Numbered from the stretch's first letter, positions 10,400 through 21,189 are shown. The stretch: DNA of 64,000 nt from Dehalococcoidia bacterium (GCA_964291495.2 OZ219872.1:869358-933357), one strand, 5' to 3'. The notes: generated from the letters alone by a model not told the origin. Numbers and translations are program-made.

Positions 10400-11026
10400 C
10401 TACTCCTCTGCGTCATCGAGCGCGCGCGCGACGATCGCGCGGCCGCGCTCGCTGAGGTCGAGACCGAGCGCCGCCTCGCGGCCCCGCTCGCTCATCTTGC
10501 GCCAGGTGCGGCGCACGATCGCGACCAGCCGTTCGTCGTCGCCGAGGCGCTCCCGGAACTCGTCGAACTGCGTCTGCAGGAAGACGAGGTTGAGGCCATC
10601 CTCCAGCGTCTGGACCTCCGGGTCGCTGAACAGCCCCTCCTTGCGCACGATCTGCTCGACGCGCTCGACGAGCGGGTCGTCGTAGCCCTCGGCGCGGAGG
10701 ATGCGCGCCGCCTCGTCGGCGTGGAAGCGGCGCAGATCGCGCCGCCAGCGCAGGTAGGCGTCACGGCCCAGCGGGTAGCTCGCGCGCGGCACCGTCCAGC
10801 GCCGGATGTGGTGCGCGCGCGCCGCCAGCAGCAGCGCCTCGCCCGGCGAGGGCACGAGGCGCGCGACCCACTCGCAGAGCAGCGCGGCGTGCGTCAGCTC
10901 CTTCGCGCGCGGCTCGCCGTCGACCATGATCGTCGCCGGATCAGCGGCGTTGGCGGCGTCGATCGCCGTGATCGCGCGCGCGAAGCGCTCCGCGTCGGCG
11001 CAGTCATGTGGAGCAGCAATCGTCAT
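10400..11026 (-). CDS. DUF4202 domain protein
   Basis: AIDAANAADP, LAARAHHIRRW..PRASYP..YLRWR, EVQTLED..LVFL, TWRKMS motifs; divergent from the sulfite reductase. Confidence 0.85.
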   Translation of the reverse strand: MTIAAPHDCADAERFARAITAIDAANAADPATIMVDGEPRAKELTHAALLCEWVARLVPSPGEALLLAARAHHIRRWTVPRASYPLGRDAYLRWRRDLRRFHADEAARILRAEGYDDPLVERVEQIVRKEGLFSDPEVQTLEDGLNLVFLQTQFDEFRERLGDDERLVAIVRRTWRKMSERGREAALGLDLSERGRAIVARALDDAEE

Positions 11027-11068
11027 CGAGGAGCCTCGACACTCGCGCCGGCCGTGCGCGGATCCGCG

Positions 11069-11096
11069 TTGACACTGCGTCTCCGGCTGTTACGAT
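11069..11096 (+). promoter_or_regulatory. Sigma70-type promoter for the sulfur assimilation operon
   Basis: TTGACA (11069-11074)-N16-TACGAT (11091-11096) with extended -10 TG. Confidence 0.7.
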
Positions 11097-11169
11097 GGCC
11101 CGGCAAATTGTCTGTGTTGTTTACCGGATTTGTCGACAATAGCAAATCCCTCCTCAGGAGGCAGCGCGC

Positions 11170-12951
11170 ATGACCACCACCGTCCGTGCCGACACCCCCG
11201 GCCACGTGATCCCGATCCTCGAGGACGAGCTCGCCGACTTCACCACCGAGGCAACCGCGTTCCTCGACGGCGACCGCGAGCTGCTGGAGTTCACGAAGTT
11301 CCGGCTGCGCCAGGGTGTCTACGGGCAGCGCCAGGCCGACCGCCAGATGATCCGCGTGAAGCTGCCCTTTGGCGGGGTCACGTCGGACCAGCTCGACGCC
11401 TTCGCCGAGGTCGCCGAGCGCTTCGCGCCGCTGCGCAAGGGCCACCTCACCACGCGCGAGAACGTGCAGTACCACCACGTGCCGCTCGACGAGACGCTCG
11501 AGCTGCTGCAGGTGCTCGGCCGCGCCGGCCTCTCCACGCGCGAGGCCTGCGGCAACACCGTGCGCAACGTCACCGGCGACCCCTGGGCCGGCATCCGCGA
11601 CGACGAGCCGTTCGACGTTACGCCCTACGCGGGCGCCTTCGTGCGCTACTTCGTGCGCAGCGAGCTGACCCAGCTGCTGCCTCGCAAGTTCAAGGTCGCC
11701 TTCTCCGGCAGCGACGAGGACTCCGCGCTGACGCAGATCCACGACCTCGGCTTCATCCCCGAGATCCGCGAGGTCGACGGCGTGCCCACCAAGGGCTTCC
11801 GCATCGTCACCGGCGGCGGGCTCTCGATCATGGCGAAGCACGCCGTTGTGCTGCGCGAGTGGGTCTCCGTCGACGAGTACCTCAGGCACTCGCACGCCGT
11901 GCTGCGCGTGTTCGACGCGGCCGACGAGCTGCGCAAGAACCTCGCCAAGGCGCGCATCAAGTTCCTCGTCCACCGCGTCGGCGAGGAGGAGTTCCGCAAG
12001 ATGGTCGACGCCGAGCTGGAGGGCGAGTGGGCGCAGGCCGACGCCCGGCCGGACCCGCTGCTCTTCCTCGACGACGAGGCCGCCGACGCACCGGCCCCGC
12101 CCGAGGACGCGCCGCAGCCGAGCGACGCCGACCGCGCCACCTTCGAGGAGTGGGCGCGGACGGCCGTGAAGGCGCAGCGCCAGGAGGGCTACTCGGCCAT
12201 CGAGGTGCAGGTGCCGCAGGGCGACCTGACGCCGGAGCAGTTCCGCGGCCTGGCGACAATCATGCGCGAGTACGGCTCCGGCCGCGCCCGCACCACGCCG
12301 TGGCAGAACATCGTGCTGCGCTGGATCCCGAACGAGTCCGTCTACGCCGTCTGGCTGGCGCTCGGCGAGCTCGGCCTCAATGGCGGCGGCATCCTCGAGA
12401 TCGAGGATGTGGTGAGCTGCCCCGGCACGGACAGCTGCAAGCTCGGCATCACCAGCTCGATGGGCCTCAACCGCGCGGTCTCGGAGCACGTTCGCTCGCT
12501 GCAGATCACGGACCCGCGGACGCGGCGGATCCTGATCAACGCCAGCGGCTGCCCCAACTCGTGCGGCCAGCACCACATCGCGAACATCGGCTTCCACGGC
12601 GCGGCCATCAAGTCCGGCGACCGCCAGGCCCCGGCCTACCACGTGTTCATCGCGGGCAACCGCCGCACCGGCCAGGACCTGCGGCTCGGCACGCTGATCA
12701 AGGCGCGCCTGCCCGCCAAGCGCGTGCCCGACGCCGTCGAGCGTTTCATCCGCCTCTACGAGGCCGAGCGCAGCGACGGCGAGGAGTTCAACGACTACTT
12801 CGATCGCGTCGGCAAGGCGCCCTTCGAGGACGCCGTCAAAGACTTGACGCTGCCGCCGGAGTTCTCTATCCAGACGATGGACGAGTTCATCGACTGGGAG
12901 CGCGAGGGCCTCTACGTCCTCGAGCGTGGCGAGGGTGAGTGCGCCGTCTAG
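11170..12951 (+). CDS. sir: Ferredoxin-type sulfite (or nitrite) reductase, siroheme/4Fe-4S
   Basis: FRLRQGVYGQRQ, HLTTRENVQ, LPRKFK, SCPGTDSCKLG and SGCPNSCGQH ligands; AGGAGG RBS; directly upstream of cysDNC. Confidence 0.9.
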   Translation: MTTTVRADTPGHVIPILEDELADFTTEATAFLDGDRELLEFTKFRLRQGVYGQRQADRQMIRVKLPFGGVTSDQLDAFAEVAERFAPLRKGHLTTRENVQYHHVPLDETLELLQVLGRAGLSTREACGNTVRNVTGDPWAGIRDDEPFDVTPYAGAFVRYFVRSELTQLLPRKFKVAFSGSDEDSALTQIHDLGFIPEIREVDGVPTKGFRIVTGGGLSIMAKHAVVLREWVSVDEYLRHSHAVLRVFDAADELRKNLAKARIKFLVHRVGEEEFRKMVDAELEGEWAQADARPDPLLFLDDEAADAPAPPEDAPQPSDADRATFEEWARTAVKAQRQEGYSAIEVQVPQGDLTPEQFRGLATIMREYGSGRARTTPWQNIVLRWIPNESVYAVWLALGELGLNGGGILEIEDVVSCPGTDSCKLGITSSMGLNRAVSEHVRSLQITDPRTRRILINASGCPNSCGQHHIANIGFHGAAIKSGDRQAPAYHVFIAGNRRTGQDLRLGTLIKARLPAKRVPDAVERFIRLYEAERSDGEEFNDYFDRVGKAPFEDAVKDLTLPPEFSIQTMDEFIDWEREGLYVLERGEGECAV

Positions 12952-13017
12952 GCGAACCCCCGCCCGCCGCGGGCTCCGGTCCTGTCGAGCACCGCCCGCG
13001 CAACAGAGGCCGCAGCC

Positions 13018-13971
13018 GTGAGAGACGCCGACACGGGCGCTGGTGACACCTCGCTGCCCACTCTCCCCCCGTCCGGGGCGGAGCAGCTGCGCGACCTCGA
13101 ATCCGAGGCGATCCACATCATTCGCGAGGTCGTCGCGGAGTTCGAGCGACCCGCGCTGCTGTTCTCCGGCGGCAAGGACTCGATCGTGCTGCTGCGGCTC
13201 GCCGAGAAGGCGTTCTGGCCCGCGCCGCTGCCCTTCCCCGTGCTGCATATCGACACCGGGCACAACTTCCCGGAGGCGATCGCGTTTCGCGACCGGCGTG
13301 TCGCCGAGCTGGGCGCAACCCTCGTCGTCGGCTCGGTCCAGCAGGCGATCGACGACGGCCTCGTGCAGGAGGAGACGGGCCCGGGCGCCTCGCGCAACCG
13401 GCTGCAAACGCCGGTGCTGCTGCGCACGGTCGCCGAGCACGGCTTCAACGCACTGTTCGGCGGGGCGCGCCGCGACGAGGAGCGGGCGCGCGCCAAGGAG
13501 CGCATCTACTCGCTTCGCGAGGCTTCCGGCGGCTGGAATCCTCACGCCCAGCGCCCGGAGCTGTGGAACCTCTACAACGGCCTCCACCGTCCCGGCGAGA
13601 ATGTCCGTGTCTTCCCGCTCTCCAACTGGACCGAGCTTGATGTGTGGCGCTACATCGAGGTGGAGGACCTCAAGACGCCCTCCATCTACTTCGCACACGA
13701 GCGGATGGTGTTCCGCCGCGACGGGATGCTGATGGCCGTCAGCCCGCACCTCCAACTGGTCGAGGGCGAGACGCCGTTCCTCGCGAGCGTCCGCTACCGC
13801 ACCGTCGGCGACATGTCCTGCACCGCCGCGGTCGAGTCCCGGGCGGACACCATCGAACGCGTCGTCGCCGAGATCGCCGCCACGCGGATCACCGAGCGCG
13901 GCGAGACCCGGGCCGACGACCGTACGTCGGAGGCCGCGATGGAGGACCGCAAGCGCGAGGGCTACTTCTGA
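13018..13971 (+). CDS. cysD: Sulfate adenylyltransferase subunit 2
   Basis: LFSGGKDS, HIDTGHNF, GGARRDEERARAKER, MEDRKREGYF. Confidence 0.96.
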   Translation: MRDADTGAGDTSLPTLPPSGAEQLRDLESEAIHIIREVVAEFERPALLFSGGKDSIVLLRLAEKAFWPAPLPFPVLHIDTGHNFPEAIAFRDRRVAELGATLVVGSVQQAIDDGLVQEETGPGASRNRLQTPVLLRTVAEHGFNALFGGARRDEERARAKERIYSLREASGGWNPHAQRPELWNLYNGLHRPGENVRVFPLSNWTELDVWRYIEVEDLKTPSIYFAHERMVFRRDGMLMAVSPHLQLVEGETPFLASVRYRTVGDMSCTAAVESRADTIERVVAEIAATRITERGETRADDRTSEAAMEDRKREGYF

Positions 13972-15293
13972 TGACAGCCGCGCCGCACGGCGCCAGCCTC
14001 CGGCCACTCCGCTTCGTCGCCACGGGCTCGGTCGATAGCGGCAAGAGCACGATCATCGGGCGGCTCCTGCACGACTCGAAGAGCATCTTCGAGGACCAGC
14101 TCGCGGCGGTGGAACGCAGCAGCCGCGAGGCCGGCCTCGACCATGTGAACCTCGCACTGCTCACGGACGGGCTGCGAGCGGAGCGCGAGCAGGGCATCAC
14201 CATCGATGTCGCCTACCGCTACTTCGCAACGCCGCGGCGCAAATTCATCATCGCGGACTGCCCGGGCCACACCCAGTACACCCGCAACATGGTCACCGGC
14301 GCCTCAACCGCCAGCCTCGCGCTGATCCTCACCGACGTCCTCGAAGGCGTCGTCGAGCAGACACGGCGGCACGCCGTCCTGGCCTCGCTGCTGGGTATCC
14401 GCGAGCTGGTGCTGTGCGTGAACAAGATGGACCTCGCCGGCTACCGCCAGGACCGCTTCGAGGAGATCCGCCAGGAGTTCGAGGCGTTCGCGGTGGGACT
14501 GGACGCGCAGGAGCTGGGCGCGCTGGGCCCGGGGACGATCCGCGTGACGGCGATCCCGGTCTCCGCCCTCAGCGGCGACCACGTCGTCGATCCCTCGGAA
14601 CGGATGCCGTGGTGCGACACGCCGCCGCTGCTGCGCTTCCTCGAGGATGTCGAGACCGAGGCGGCGGACGGCGGCGGCTCCGAACCTCGCCGCTTCCCCG
14701 TTCAGAACGTGATCCGCGCGGCCGCTGGCGGCGAGCCCCTGTACGCCGGGTCCGTCGCGGGCGGCGTGTTCCGCCCCGGCGATGAGGTCGTCGCCCTGCC
14801 CTCGGGCCGCACTACGCGCATCGAGTCCGTCGAGACGGCCACGGGCCCGATCGAGGAGGCCTCGGTCCCGCGGGCCGTCACGCTGCGACTACGCGACAGC
14901 CTCGAGATCGCCCGTGGCGACATGATCGCGGATGTGGAGCGCCCCCCTACCGTCTCCCGGCAGTTCGACGCCACGATCTGCTGGCTGAGCGACCATGGCG
15001 AACTGGCCGTGGGCCGCAGCTACTGGCTGAAGCACACCACCAACCGCGTGCGCGCCCGCGTCGCAGCGCTCTACCACCACATCGACATCAACACCCTCAC
15101 GCCCGACTCGGACACGACCGCCCTCACGTTCAACCAGATCGGCCTTGTTGGCCTCGAGGCCGACGAGCCGCTCTTCCTCGACCACTACGCAGAGAACCGC
15201 GGCACCGGCGCCTTCATCCTGATCGACGAGGCCAGCAACGACACCGTAGCCGCAGGCATGGTGGAGACGCGGCTCGCCGAGGACGCCGCGTGA
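13971..15293 (+). CDS. cysN: Sulfate adenylyltransferase subunit 1 (GTPase)
   Basis: [48 protein letters not shown]; TGATG overlap with cysD. Confidence 0.95.
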   Translation: MTAAPHGASLRPLRFVATGSVDSGKSTIIGRLLHDSKSIFEDQLAAVERSSREAGLDHVNLALLTDGLRAEREQGITIDVAYRYFATPRRKFIIADCPGHTQYTRNMVTGASTASLALILTDVLEGVVEQTRRHAVLASLLGIRELVLCVNKMDLAGYRQDRFEEIRQEFEAFAVGLDAQELGALGPGTIRVTAIPVSALSGDHVVDPSERMPWCDTPPLLRFLEDVETEAADGGGSEPRRFPVQNVIRAAAGGEPLYAGSVAGGVFRPGDEVVALPSGRTTRIESVETATGPIEEASVPRAVTLRLRDSLEIARGDMIADVERPPTVSRQFDATICWLSDHGELAVGRSYWLKHTTNRVRARVAALYHHIDINTLTPDSDTTALTFNQIGLVGLEADEPLFLDHYAENRGTGAFILIDEASNDTVAAGMVETRLAEDAA

Positions 15294-15859
15294 GCCGCGG
15301 CTTTGTCGTCTGGCTGACCGGACTCTCCGGCGCAGGCAAGTCCACCCTCGCGGGACTGCTCGAAACCGAGCTGCGCGCGCGTGGGCTGCGAGTCGAGACG
15401 CTCGACGGCGACGAGGTGCGTGAGAACCTCTCGAAGGGCCTCGGCTTCTCAAAGGAAGACCGCGACACCAACGTACGGCGCATCGGCTATGTCGCACGGC
15501 TGCTCGCGCGCAACGGCGTCGCCGTGATCGCCGCCGTGATCTCGCCGTACGCCGCAGTGCGAGACGAAGTACGGGCCGCCGTCGAGCAAGCGGAGGGCCA
15601 CCCGCGCTTCATCGAGGTGCATGTCGATTGCACGATCGAGGAGCTGACCCGCCGAGACACCAAGGGCCTGTATGCAAAGGCGCACCGCGGCGAGATCGCC
15701 AACTTCAGCGGCGTCTCCGATCCCTACGAGGCCCCCTCCGCCCCGGAGTTGCGCGTCGACACGGAGGCGCAGAGCGCCGGGGCATCGCTCGACACGGTCC
15801 TCGGGCTGCTCGATCGTGAGGGACTGATCGACGGATCGGGCGTGACGCGCGCAAACTGA
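15290..15859 (+). CDS. cysC: Adenylyl-sulfate kinase
   Basis: [43 protein letters not shown]. Confidence 0.96.
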   Translation: MSRGFVVWLTGLSGAGKSTLAGLLETELRARGLRVETLDGDEVRENLSKGLGFSKEDRDTNVRRIGYVARLLARNGVAVIAAVISPYAAVRDEVRAAVEQAEGHPRFIEVHVDCTIEELTRRDTKGLYAKAHRGEIANFSGVSDPYEAPSAPELRVDTEAQSAGASLDTVLGLLDREGLIDGSGVTRAN

Positions 15860-15863
15860 CGGC

Positions 15864-16853
15864 ATGACCGCGCCGCTGCTCCTCGGAACCGCGTCCTGGA
15901 CCGACAAGCCGCTGATCGACAGTGGGCGCTTCTACCCGCCGCAAGCGAAGAACGCCGAGGCGCGGCTGCGCCACTACACGACGCGCTACCCCCTGGTCGA
16001 GATCGACGCGCCCTACTACGGCCTCCCGACGCCGGAGCAGGCCGCGCGCTGGATCGAGCGCACGCCCGAGGGGTTCACCTTCGACGTCAAGGCCTACTCG
16101 CTGTTCACCGAGCACCCCACGCCAGTGGCACGGCTGCCGAAGGCGATCCGCGCCGTGCTCCCTCCCGACCTCGAGGCGAAGGGCCGCTTCTACCGCCGCG
16201 ACACGCCGGACGAGATCCTCGATCTCTGCTGGTCCAGCTACACGGACGCGCTGCTGCCGCTGCACGACGCCGGGCGCCTCGGCGCGGTCGTGCTGCAGTT
16301 CCCGAAGTGGTTCGTGCCCGGCCCGCGCGCCTTCGCGACGCTCGAGGAGACCCGCGACCGCCTCGGACCGTTTCGGGGCGCGGTCGAGTTCCGACAGCGG
16401 CGCTGGCTGGAGCCGGAGCAGCGCGAGGAGACACTTGCGCTGCTCGGCGACCTCGATCTCTCGCTGATCTGCGTCGACGCGCCGCAGGGGTTCGACTCCT
16501 CGCTGCCTCCGTTCGCGGCTGCGACGAACGCCCTGGCGTTCGTACGCTTCCACGGCCGCAACACGGAGACCTGGGAGCGCCGCACGCGCACCTCCAGCGA
16601 GCGCTTCGACTACTGGTACGACGCTGCGGAGTTGGACGAGTGGGTCCCGCGCATCGAGGCGCTCGCGAGGGAGGCCGAGGCGGTGCACCTGATCGTCAAC
16701 ACCAACAACCACGACCAGGGCCCCGTCAACGCGGACCTGCTGCAACGGCGTCTCGAGGAGCACGGCCTCGCCGTCGAGCCGGCCTTCGAGGCTGTCGAGG
16801 CGCCCCCGGTCGGGACTCGTGAGATGGCGGAGCAGCAGGGCTCGCTGCTTTAG
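15864..16853 (+). CDS. DUF72 (YecE-like) protein
   Basis: GTASWTD, YPLVEID..YY, FDVKA, LQFP, AVEFR, VRFHGRN. Confidence 0.92.
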   Translation: MTAPLLLGTASWTDKPLIDSGRFYPPQAKNAEARLRHYTTRYPLVEIDAPYYGLPTPEQAARWIERTPEGFTFDVKAYSLFTEHPTPVARLPKAIRAVLPPDLEAKGRFYRRDTPDEILDLCWSSYTDALLPLHDAGRLGAVVLQFPKWFVPGPRAFATLEETRDRLGPFRGAVEFRQRRWLEPEQREETLALLGDLDLSLICVDAPQGFDSSLPPFAAATNALAFVRFHGRNTETWERRTRTSSERFDYWYDAAELDEWVPRIEALAREAEAVHLIVNTNNHDQGPVNADLLQRRLEEHGLAVEPAFEAVEAPPVGTREMAEQQGSLL

Positions 16854-16908
16854 GCAGAGCAGCGCCGGTTTAGGTTGAGGTGACATACTCTCGGGCAGGA
16901 TTGCCGCC

Positions 16909-17982
16909 ATGAACCGGTCACCGGGCAGATCGCACAGCCGCCGCCGCTTCCTCCAACTCGCCGCGTCGGGCGGCCTCGGCGGGCTGTTGCTCGCCTGCGG
17001 CGCGGGCGACGACACGGCCGAGCAGGCCGCCGTGCCGCCGACGCCAAGCCCGACGCCCACTCCGCCTCCGCCGACCCCAGTCGCGACAGCGGCGCCCACG
17101 CCCACCGCCACGCCGACGCCCACGCCCTCCCCCGTCCCCACGGCTACTCCGACGCCCACGCCGACCGCGACCCCCACACCCGTCCCGACGCCGGAGCCAA
17201 CTCCGGAGCCCACACCCTGGCCTGCCGGACGCGAGGAGATCGCGCTCATGGAAGGCACGGAGTGGGAGAACCCGCTGGTCGCGCACCACAGCGGCGCGGA
17301 GGGGCCGTCCGTGCTCGTCCTCGGCGGGGTGCACGGCAACGAGCCGGGGAGCTGGCTTGCGACCGAGGAGATCGTGGAGTGGCAGCCCGTGCGCGGCAGC
17401 CTGATCGTCATTCCTCGCGCCAATATCGTCGCGACGCGCGTCGGCGAGCGGACACTGCCCGAACTGGGCGACCTCAACCGGCTCTACCCCGGCTCACCCG
17501 ACGCCGAGCTGCCGATGTCGCGGATGGCCGCGCAGATCGTCGAGGTCGCACGCCGCTACCGAGTCTCACTCGTCCTCGATCTGCACGAGTCGTGGGGGTT
17601 CTACGCCGAGCGCGGGTCGAACAGCGGCACGGCGTTCATCGGCCAGACGATCACGGGCGGGCCCGGGGCGGACAGCGATGCCGCCATGCGGATCGCCGAG
17701 GACTTCAACGCGCGGGTGGAGATCGAACGCGATCAGCTGATCGCGCGAGACCGGAGGAGCTGGGGGTTCGGCTCGTCGCAGCGTAGCCCGTCGTTCGACG
17801 ACACGAGCAGCTGGGGCTGGCAGCCGGGGCGCGGCGGCAGCTCGCTCTCACTCGGCAACTACGTGGAGGGCCTGACCCCGATCCTCGTGGAGATGGGGCA
17901 GCAGCGCCAGGCGCTCGAGCGCCGCGCCGAGCTGCACCAGCTGGTGACGCGCATCGCCCTCACGCAGCGCGGGATGCTGTAG
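16909..17982 (+). CDS. Tat-exported lipoprotein with PT-rich stalk and AstE/AspA (M14-like) Zn-hydrolase domain
   Basis: SRRRFL twin-arginine motif, LLACG lipobox, GGVHGNE, DLNR.YPG, LDLHES. Confidence 0.85.
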   Translation: MNRSPGRSHSRRRFLQLAASGGLGGLLLACGAGDDTAEQAAVPPTPSPTPTPPPPTPVATAAPTPTATPTPTPSPVPTATPTPTPTATPTPVPTPEPTPEPTPWPAGREEIALMEGTEWENPLVAHHSGAEGPSVLVLGGVHGNEPGSWLATEEIVEWQPVRGSLIVIPRANIVATRVGERTLPELGDLNRLYPGSPDAELPMSRMAAQIVEVARRYRVSLVLDLHESWGFYAERGSNSGTAFIGQTITGGPGADSDAAMRIAEDFNARVEIERDQLIARDRRSWGFGSSQRSPSFDDTSSWGWQPGRGGSSLSLGNYVEGLTPILVEMGQQRQALERRAELHQLVTRIALTQRGML

Positions 17983-17997
17983 GCGGCCTCGCGGAGG

Positions 17998-19311
17998 TCA
18001 GCAAACGACGCGCCGCACGATCTCGTACATCAGCTCGCAGCCGCCATTGAGGTTGTCGACCGTCAGGAACTCGTTGTGCGCGTGGAAGCCGGCGCGCTCC
18101 CCGGCGCTGAACATGCACGGAATGAAGCCGTAGGACGGCATCCCGATCTCGCGCAGGAAGCGGTTGTCGGTCGCGAACGAGGCCACCGAGGGTGCGACCA
18201 CGGCGCCCTCGAACGCCTCCTCGACCACCTCGCGGATCGCCGTGAACAGCTCCGTGTCGAAGTCCGAGGACGCCGTTGAGGTGAAGTCGTCGAGCTCCGG
18301 CCGCACCGAGACGAGCGGGTCGTCGATGCGCTCGCGTACCTGCGCAATCCAGTCCTCGATGGTCTGCCCGGGCAGCAGGCGGCAGTCGATCACCGCCTCG
18401 CTGCGCGGGGGAATGACGTTCGCCTTGAAGCCGCTATCGATGACGGTGACGTTGAGCGTGTTGATGAACATCGCCAGCGCGGCGGGGTCGCTGCGCAGCG
18501 CCTGCTCGAACGCCTCGGCGTCCTCGGGGGGCGGGAGCAGCCCGGCGCGCGAGAGCTGGTCGACGAGGCGCGCCGTCCCCGGCTCGAATTGCAGGTCGCG
18601 GTCCCAGTCGGCGAGCCGCAGCAGCGCGCGGATCAGGCGCAGCGCCGAGTTGTCCTCGGACGGCAGGCTACCGTGCCCCGTTACGCCCTCGACGCGCAGC
18701 CGCAGCCAGCCGACCGACTTCTCGTTGACGCTGGCGAGGAAGATGCGCCGGTCCTCGCGCCCCGCGAAGTCGGTCAGGCCGCCGCCACCCTCGTTGAGTG
18801 CGAACTCGGCATCGAACAGGTCGCGGCGGTGCTCGATGAGCCAGCGCACGCCGTACACGCTGCCGACCTCCTCGTCGGGCGTCGCGAGGAAGACGATGTC
18901 GCGGCGCAGCGGTTCGCGGCGGCGCTGGAGCAGCAGCACGGCCATGAGCTGCATCACGCCCGCGCCCTTCATGTCCATCGCGCCGCGGCCGTAGATGCGG
19001 CCCTCGCGCACGACGCCTCCGAAGGGGGGAACGTCCCAGAACTCCTCCTCGACCGGCACCACGTCGAGATGGTTGCCGAGCAGCAGCGGGCGGCGGCTGC
19101 CGTCCCCGCGCAGCCGCGCGACCAGCGCCTCGCGGCCGGGGGCGGTCTCGATGTATTCGCAGGGGACGCCCTCCGCCTCCAGCAGCGAGCCGAGGAAGCG
19201 CGCGGCCGGGGCCTCGTTCCCCGGCGGGTTCGAGGTGTCGATGCGCAGGTAGCGCCGGAGGATGTCGAGCGCCTCGGCATGGACGGCGGGCCAGTCGATC
19301 GCTTCGGCCAT
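17998..19311 (-). CDS. M20/M25/M40 family metallopeptidase/deacylase
   Basis: HLDVVP, GRGAMDMKG, DEEVG, GHGS, FHAHNE. Confidence 0.93.
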   Translation of the reverse strand: MAEAIDWPAVHAEALDILRRYLRIDTSNPPGNEAPAARFLGSLLEAEGVPCEYIETAPGREALVARLRGDGSRRPLLLGNHLDVVPVEEEFWDVPPFGGVVREGRIYGRGAMDMKGAGVMQLMAVLLLQRRREPLRRDIVFLATPDEEVGSVYGVRWLIEHRRDLFDAEFALNEGGGGLTDFAGREDRRIFLASVNEKSVGWLRLRVEGVTGHGSLPSEDNSALRLIRALLRLADWDRDLQFEPGTARLVDQLSRAGLLPPPEDAEAFEQALRSDPAALAMFINTLNVTVIDSGFKANVIPPRSEAVIDCRLLPGQTIEDWIAQVRERIDDPLVSVRPELDDFTSTASSDFDTELFTAIREVVEEAFEGAVVAPSVASFATDNRFLREIGMPSYGFIPCMFSAGERAGFHAHNEFLTVDNLNGGCELMYEIVRRVVC

Positions 19312-19344
19312 CGCGTCCGCCCTCTGTAGTGCTCCGGCGCGTCG

Positions 19345-20190
19345 CTAGAAGATGAGGTTCGTGAGCCGCTGGCGGTAGCGGCGCGTCAACTCGGCGCCGT
19401 CGCCCAGCAGCGTGAAGGCGTCCAGCATGCGCAGCCGCCCGCCGTCGTCGGCGACCCCGCGGTCGAGTCGCACGGTCGCCAGCAGGTGCTCGAGGGCGTC
19501 CTGCCACTCACCCGCCGCCGCCAGCAGGCAGCCGAGCCGGTAGTGCGCCTCGGCGTCGTCCGGGTTCGCCTCCAGCCTCGCCTCGAGGGCCTCGCGCGGC
19601 TGGTCCCCGGCTTCGTCGCGAAACGCGAGCCGCGCGAGGACGCGCGCGGCGGCGGGGTCGCCGGGAAAGCGTGCGGCCAACTCGCGGGCGCGGGCGACCT
19701 CGCCCTCATCGAGCAGGATCGCGGCGAGCGCCGCCGAGGCGCCGCGATGGTCGGGATCCTGCTCCAGCGCGTGCTCCAGGTGCAGCCGCGCGGCGCCCGG
19801 CTGGTCCATGCGCAGCGCGTGCTCGGCGGCGGCGACGGCCTGGTCGGCGGCGCTTGGCACGAGCGAGTCGAAGAACCCTCGGACCTGCGGCTCGGGGAGC
19901 GCGCCGACGAACTCGCTCACGACCTCGCCGTTGTGGAAGGCCTTGACCGCGGGGATGCCCTGCACCTGGTAGCTGGAGGCCACGCCGGGGTTCTCGTCGA
20001 CGTTGATCTTGACGAGCTGCACCTCGCCAGCGCGTTCGTAGGCGATCGTCTCGAGGGTGGGGCCGAGCACGCGGCAGGGACCGCACCAGGGCGCCCAGAA
20101 GTCGACCACCACCGGCAGCTGATGTGAGCGCTCGATTACGTCCGTCGCGAACGTCGCGTCGCTCGCCTCCAGCACCGCCCCCGCCGTCAT
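19345..20190 (-). CDS. cnoX: Thioredoxin-TPR chaperedoxin (CnoX/YbbN family)
   Basis: VDFWAPWCGPC followed by TPR region ending YRQRLTNLIF. Confidence 0.88.
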   Translation of the reverse strand: MTAGAVLEASDATFATDVIERSHQLPVVVDFWAPWCGPCRVLGPTLETIAYERAGEVQLVKINVDENPGVASSYQVQGIPAVKAFHNGEVVSEFVGALPEPQVRGFFDSLVPSAADQAVAAAEHALRMDQPGAARLHLEHALEQDPDHRGASAALAAILLDEGEVARARELAARFPGDPAAARVLARLAFRDEAGDQPREALEARLEANPDDAEAHYRLGCLLAAAGEWQDALEHLLATVRLDRGVADDGGRLRMLDAFTLLGDGAELTRRYRQRLTNLIF

Positions 20191-20337
20191 CGCCCTCGCC
20201 CCCTCCGCCGCGCGTCCCGTGCGCCAAGCCTACCGCGAGGGCGCGCGCCGGGCACGCCGTGAGCGCAAGCGGGCGCTCCGCTAGGATGCGCCCGAACGTG
20301 GACACTGCGTGACACTGAGCGGGAGACGGGGGCCAGG

Positions 20338-21189
20338 ATGCGCTTCGGAGTGACGGTCGACTTCAACGAGCAGCCGGTGACCTCGCCGGAGTTCCTCGCC
20401 GGGTTCGCCCAGGCCGCCGAGGACTGCGGCTTCGACACCCTCTGGACCAGCGACCACGTCGTGATCCCGCAGGACCACAGCTCGGACTACCCCTACGCCG
20501 AGCGCATGCCCTACGAGGAGGCGCCGATCCCCGACCCGATCGTGACGCTCACCTTCGTCGCCGCGAAGACGAAGACCATCCGCCTCGGCACCTCGGTGCT
20601 GGTGCTGCCGCAGCGCAACCCGGTCGTGCTCGCCAAGCAACTCGCCTCGCTCGACGTCTACTCCGAGGGCCGCGTCGACCTCGGCATCGGCGTGGGCTGG
20701 CTGCGCGAGGAGTTCGAGGCGATCGGCGTGCCCTGGGAGCGCCGCGGCAAGCGCACGGACGAGTGCATCGAGGCAATGCGCGCGCTCTGGACGCAGTCGG
20801 TCGCGAGCTACGAGGGCGAGCTGGTGCGCTTCTCCAACGTCGTCTGCGACCCCAAGCCCGTCCAGCCGGGTGGGGTGCCGTTCATCATCGGTGGGCACTC
20901 GATGGCCGCGGCGCGGCGCGCCGGGAAGTATGGCAGCGGCTTCTTCCCGCACGTCTTCGGCCGCGCCTGGCACGAGCTGATCGCGGAGGCGCGACGGACC
21001 GCCGAGGCGCACGGCCGCGACCCCGACGAGGTCGAGATCAGCGCCGGCGTGCCGCCGGAGCTGGAGCTGGCGCAGCGCCTCGGGGAGCTCGGCGTCTCGC
21101 GCCTGAACATCCTGATCACGGACCCGGACGTGCCGTCCGCGCGGCGAACGCTGGAGCGCATCTCCCGCGACCTGATCGCGCGCATGTAG
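20338..21189 (+). CDS. LLM-class (putative F420-dependent) oxidoreductase
   Basis: GFDTLWTSDHVV, RLGTSVLVLPQRNPVVLAKQLASLD..S.GR..LGIGVGWLREEF. Confidence 0.92.
   Translation: MRFGVTVDFNEQPVTSPEFLAGFAQAAEDCGFDTLWTSDHVVIPQDHSSDYPYAERMPYEEAPIPDPIVTLTFVAAKTKTIRLGTSVLVLPQRNPVVLAKQLASLDVYSEGRVDLGIGVGWLREEFEAIGVPWERRGKRTDECIEAMRALWTQSVASYEGELVRFSNVVCDPKPVQPGGVPFIIGGHSMAAARRAGKYGSGFFPHVFGRAWHELIAEARRTAEAHGRDPDEVEISAGVPPELELAQRLGELGVSRLNILITDPDVPSARRTLERISRDLIARM

Noticed and set aside
11023-14007. Long antisense and alternative-frame ORFs (e.g. 994 aa here, 45522-48194, 30165-32693)
   Set aside because: Shadow ORFs expected at high GC; they have no motifs and overlap well-supported genes.
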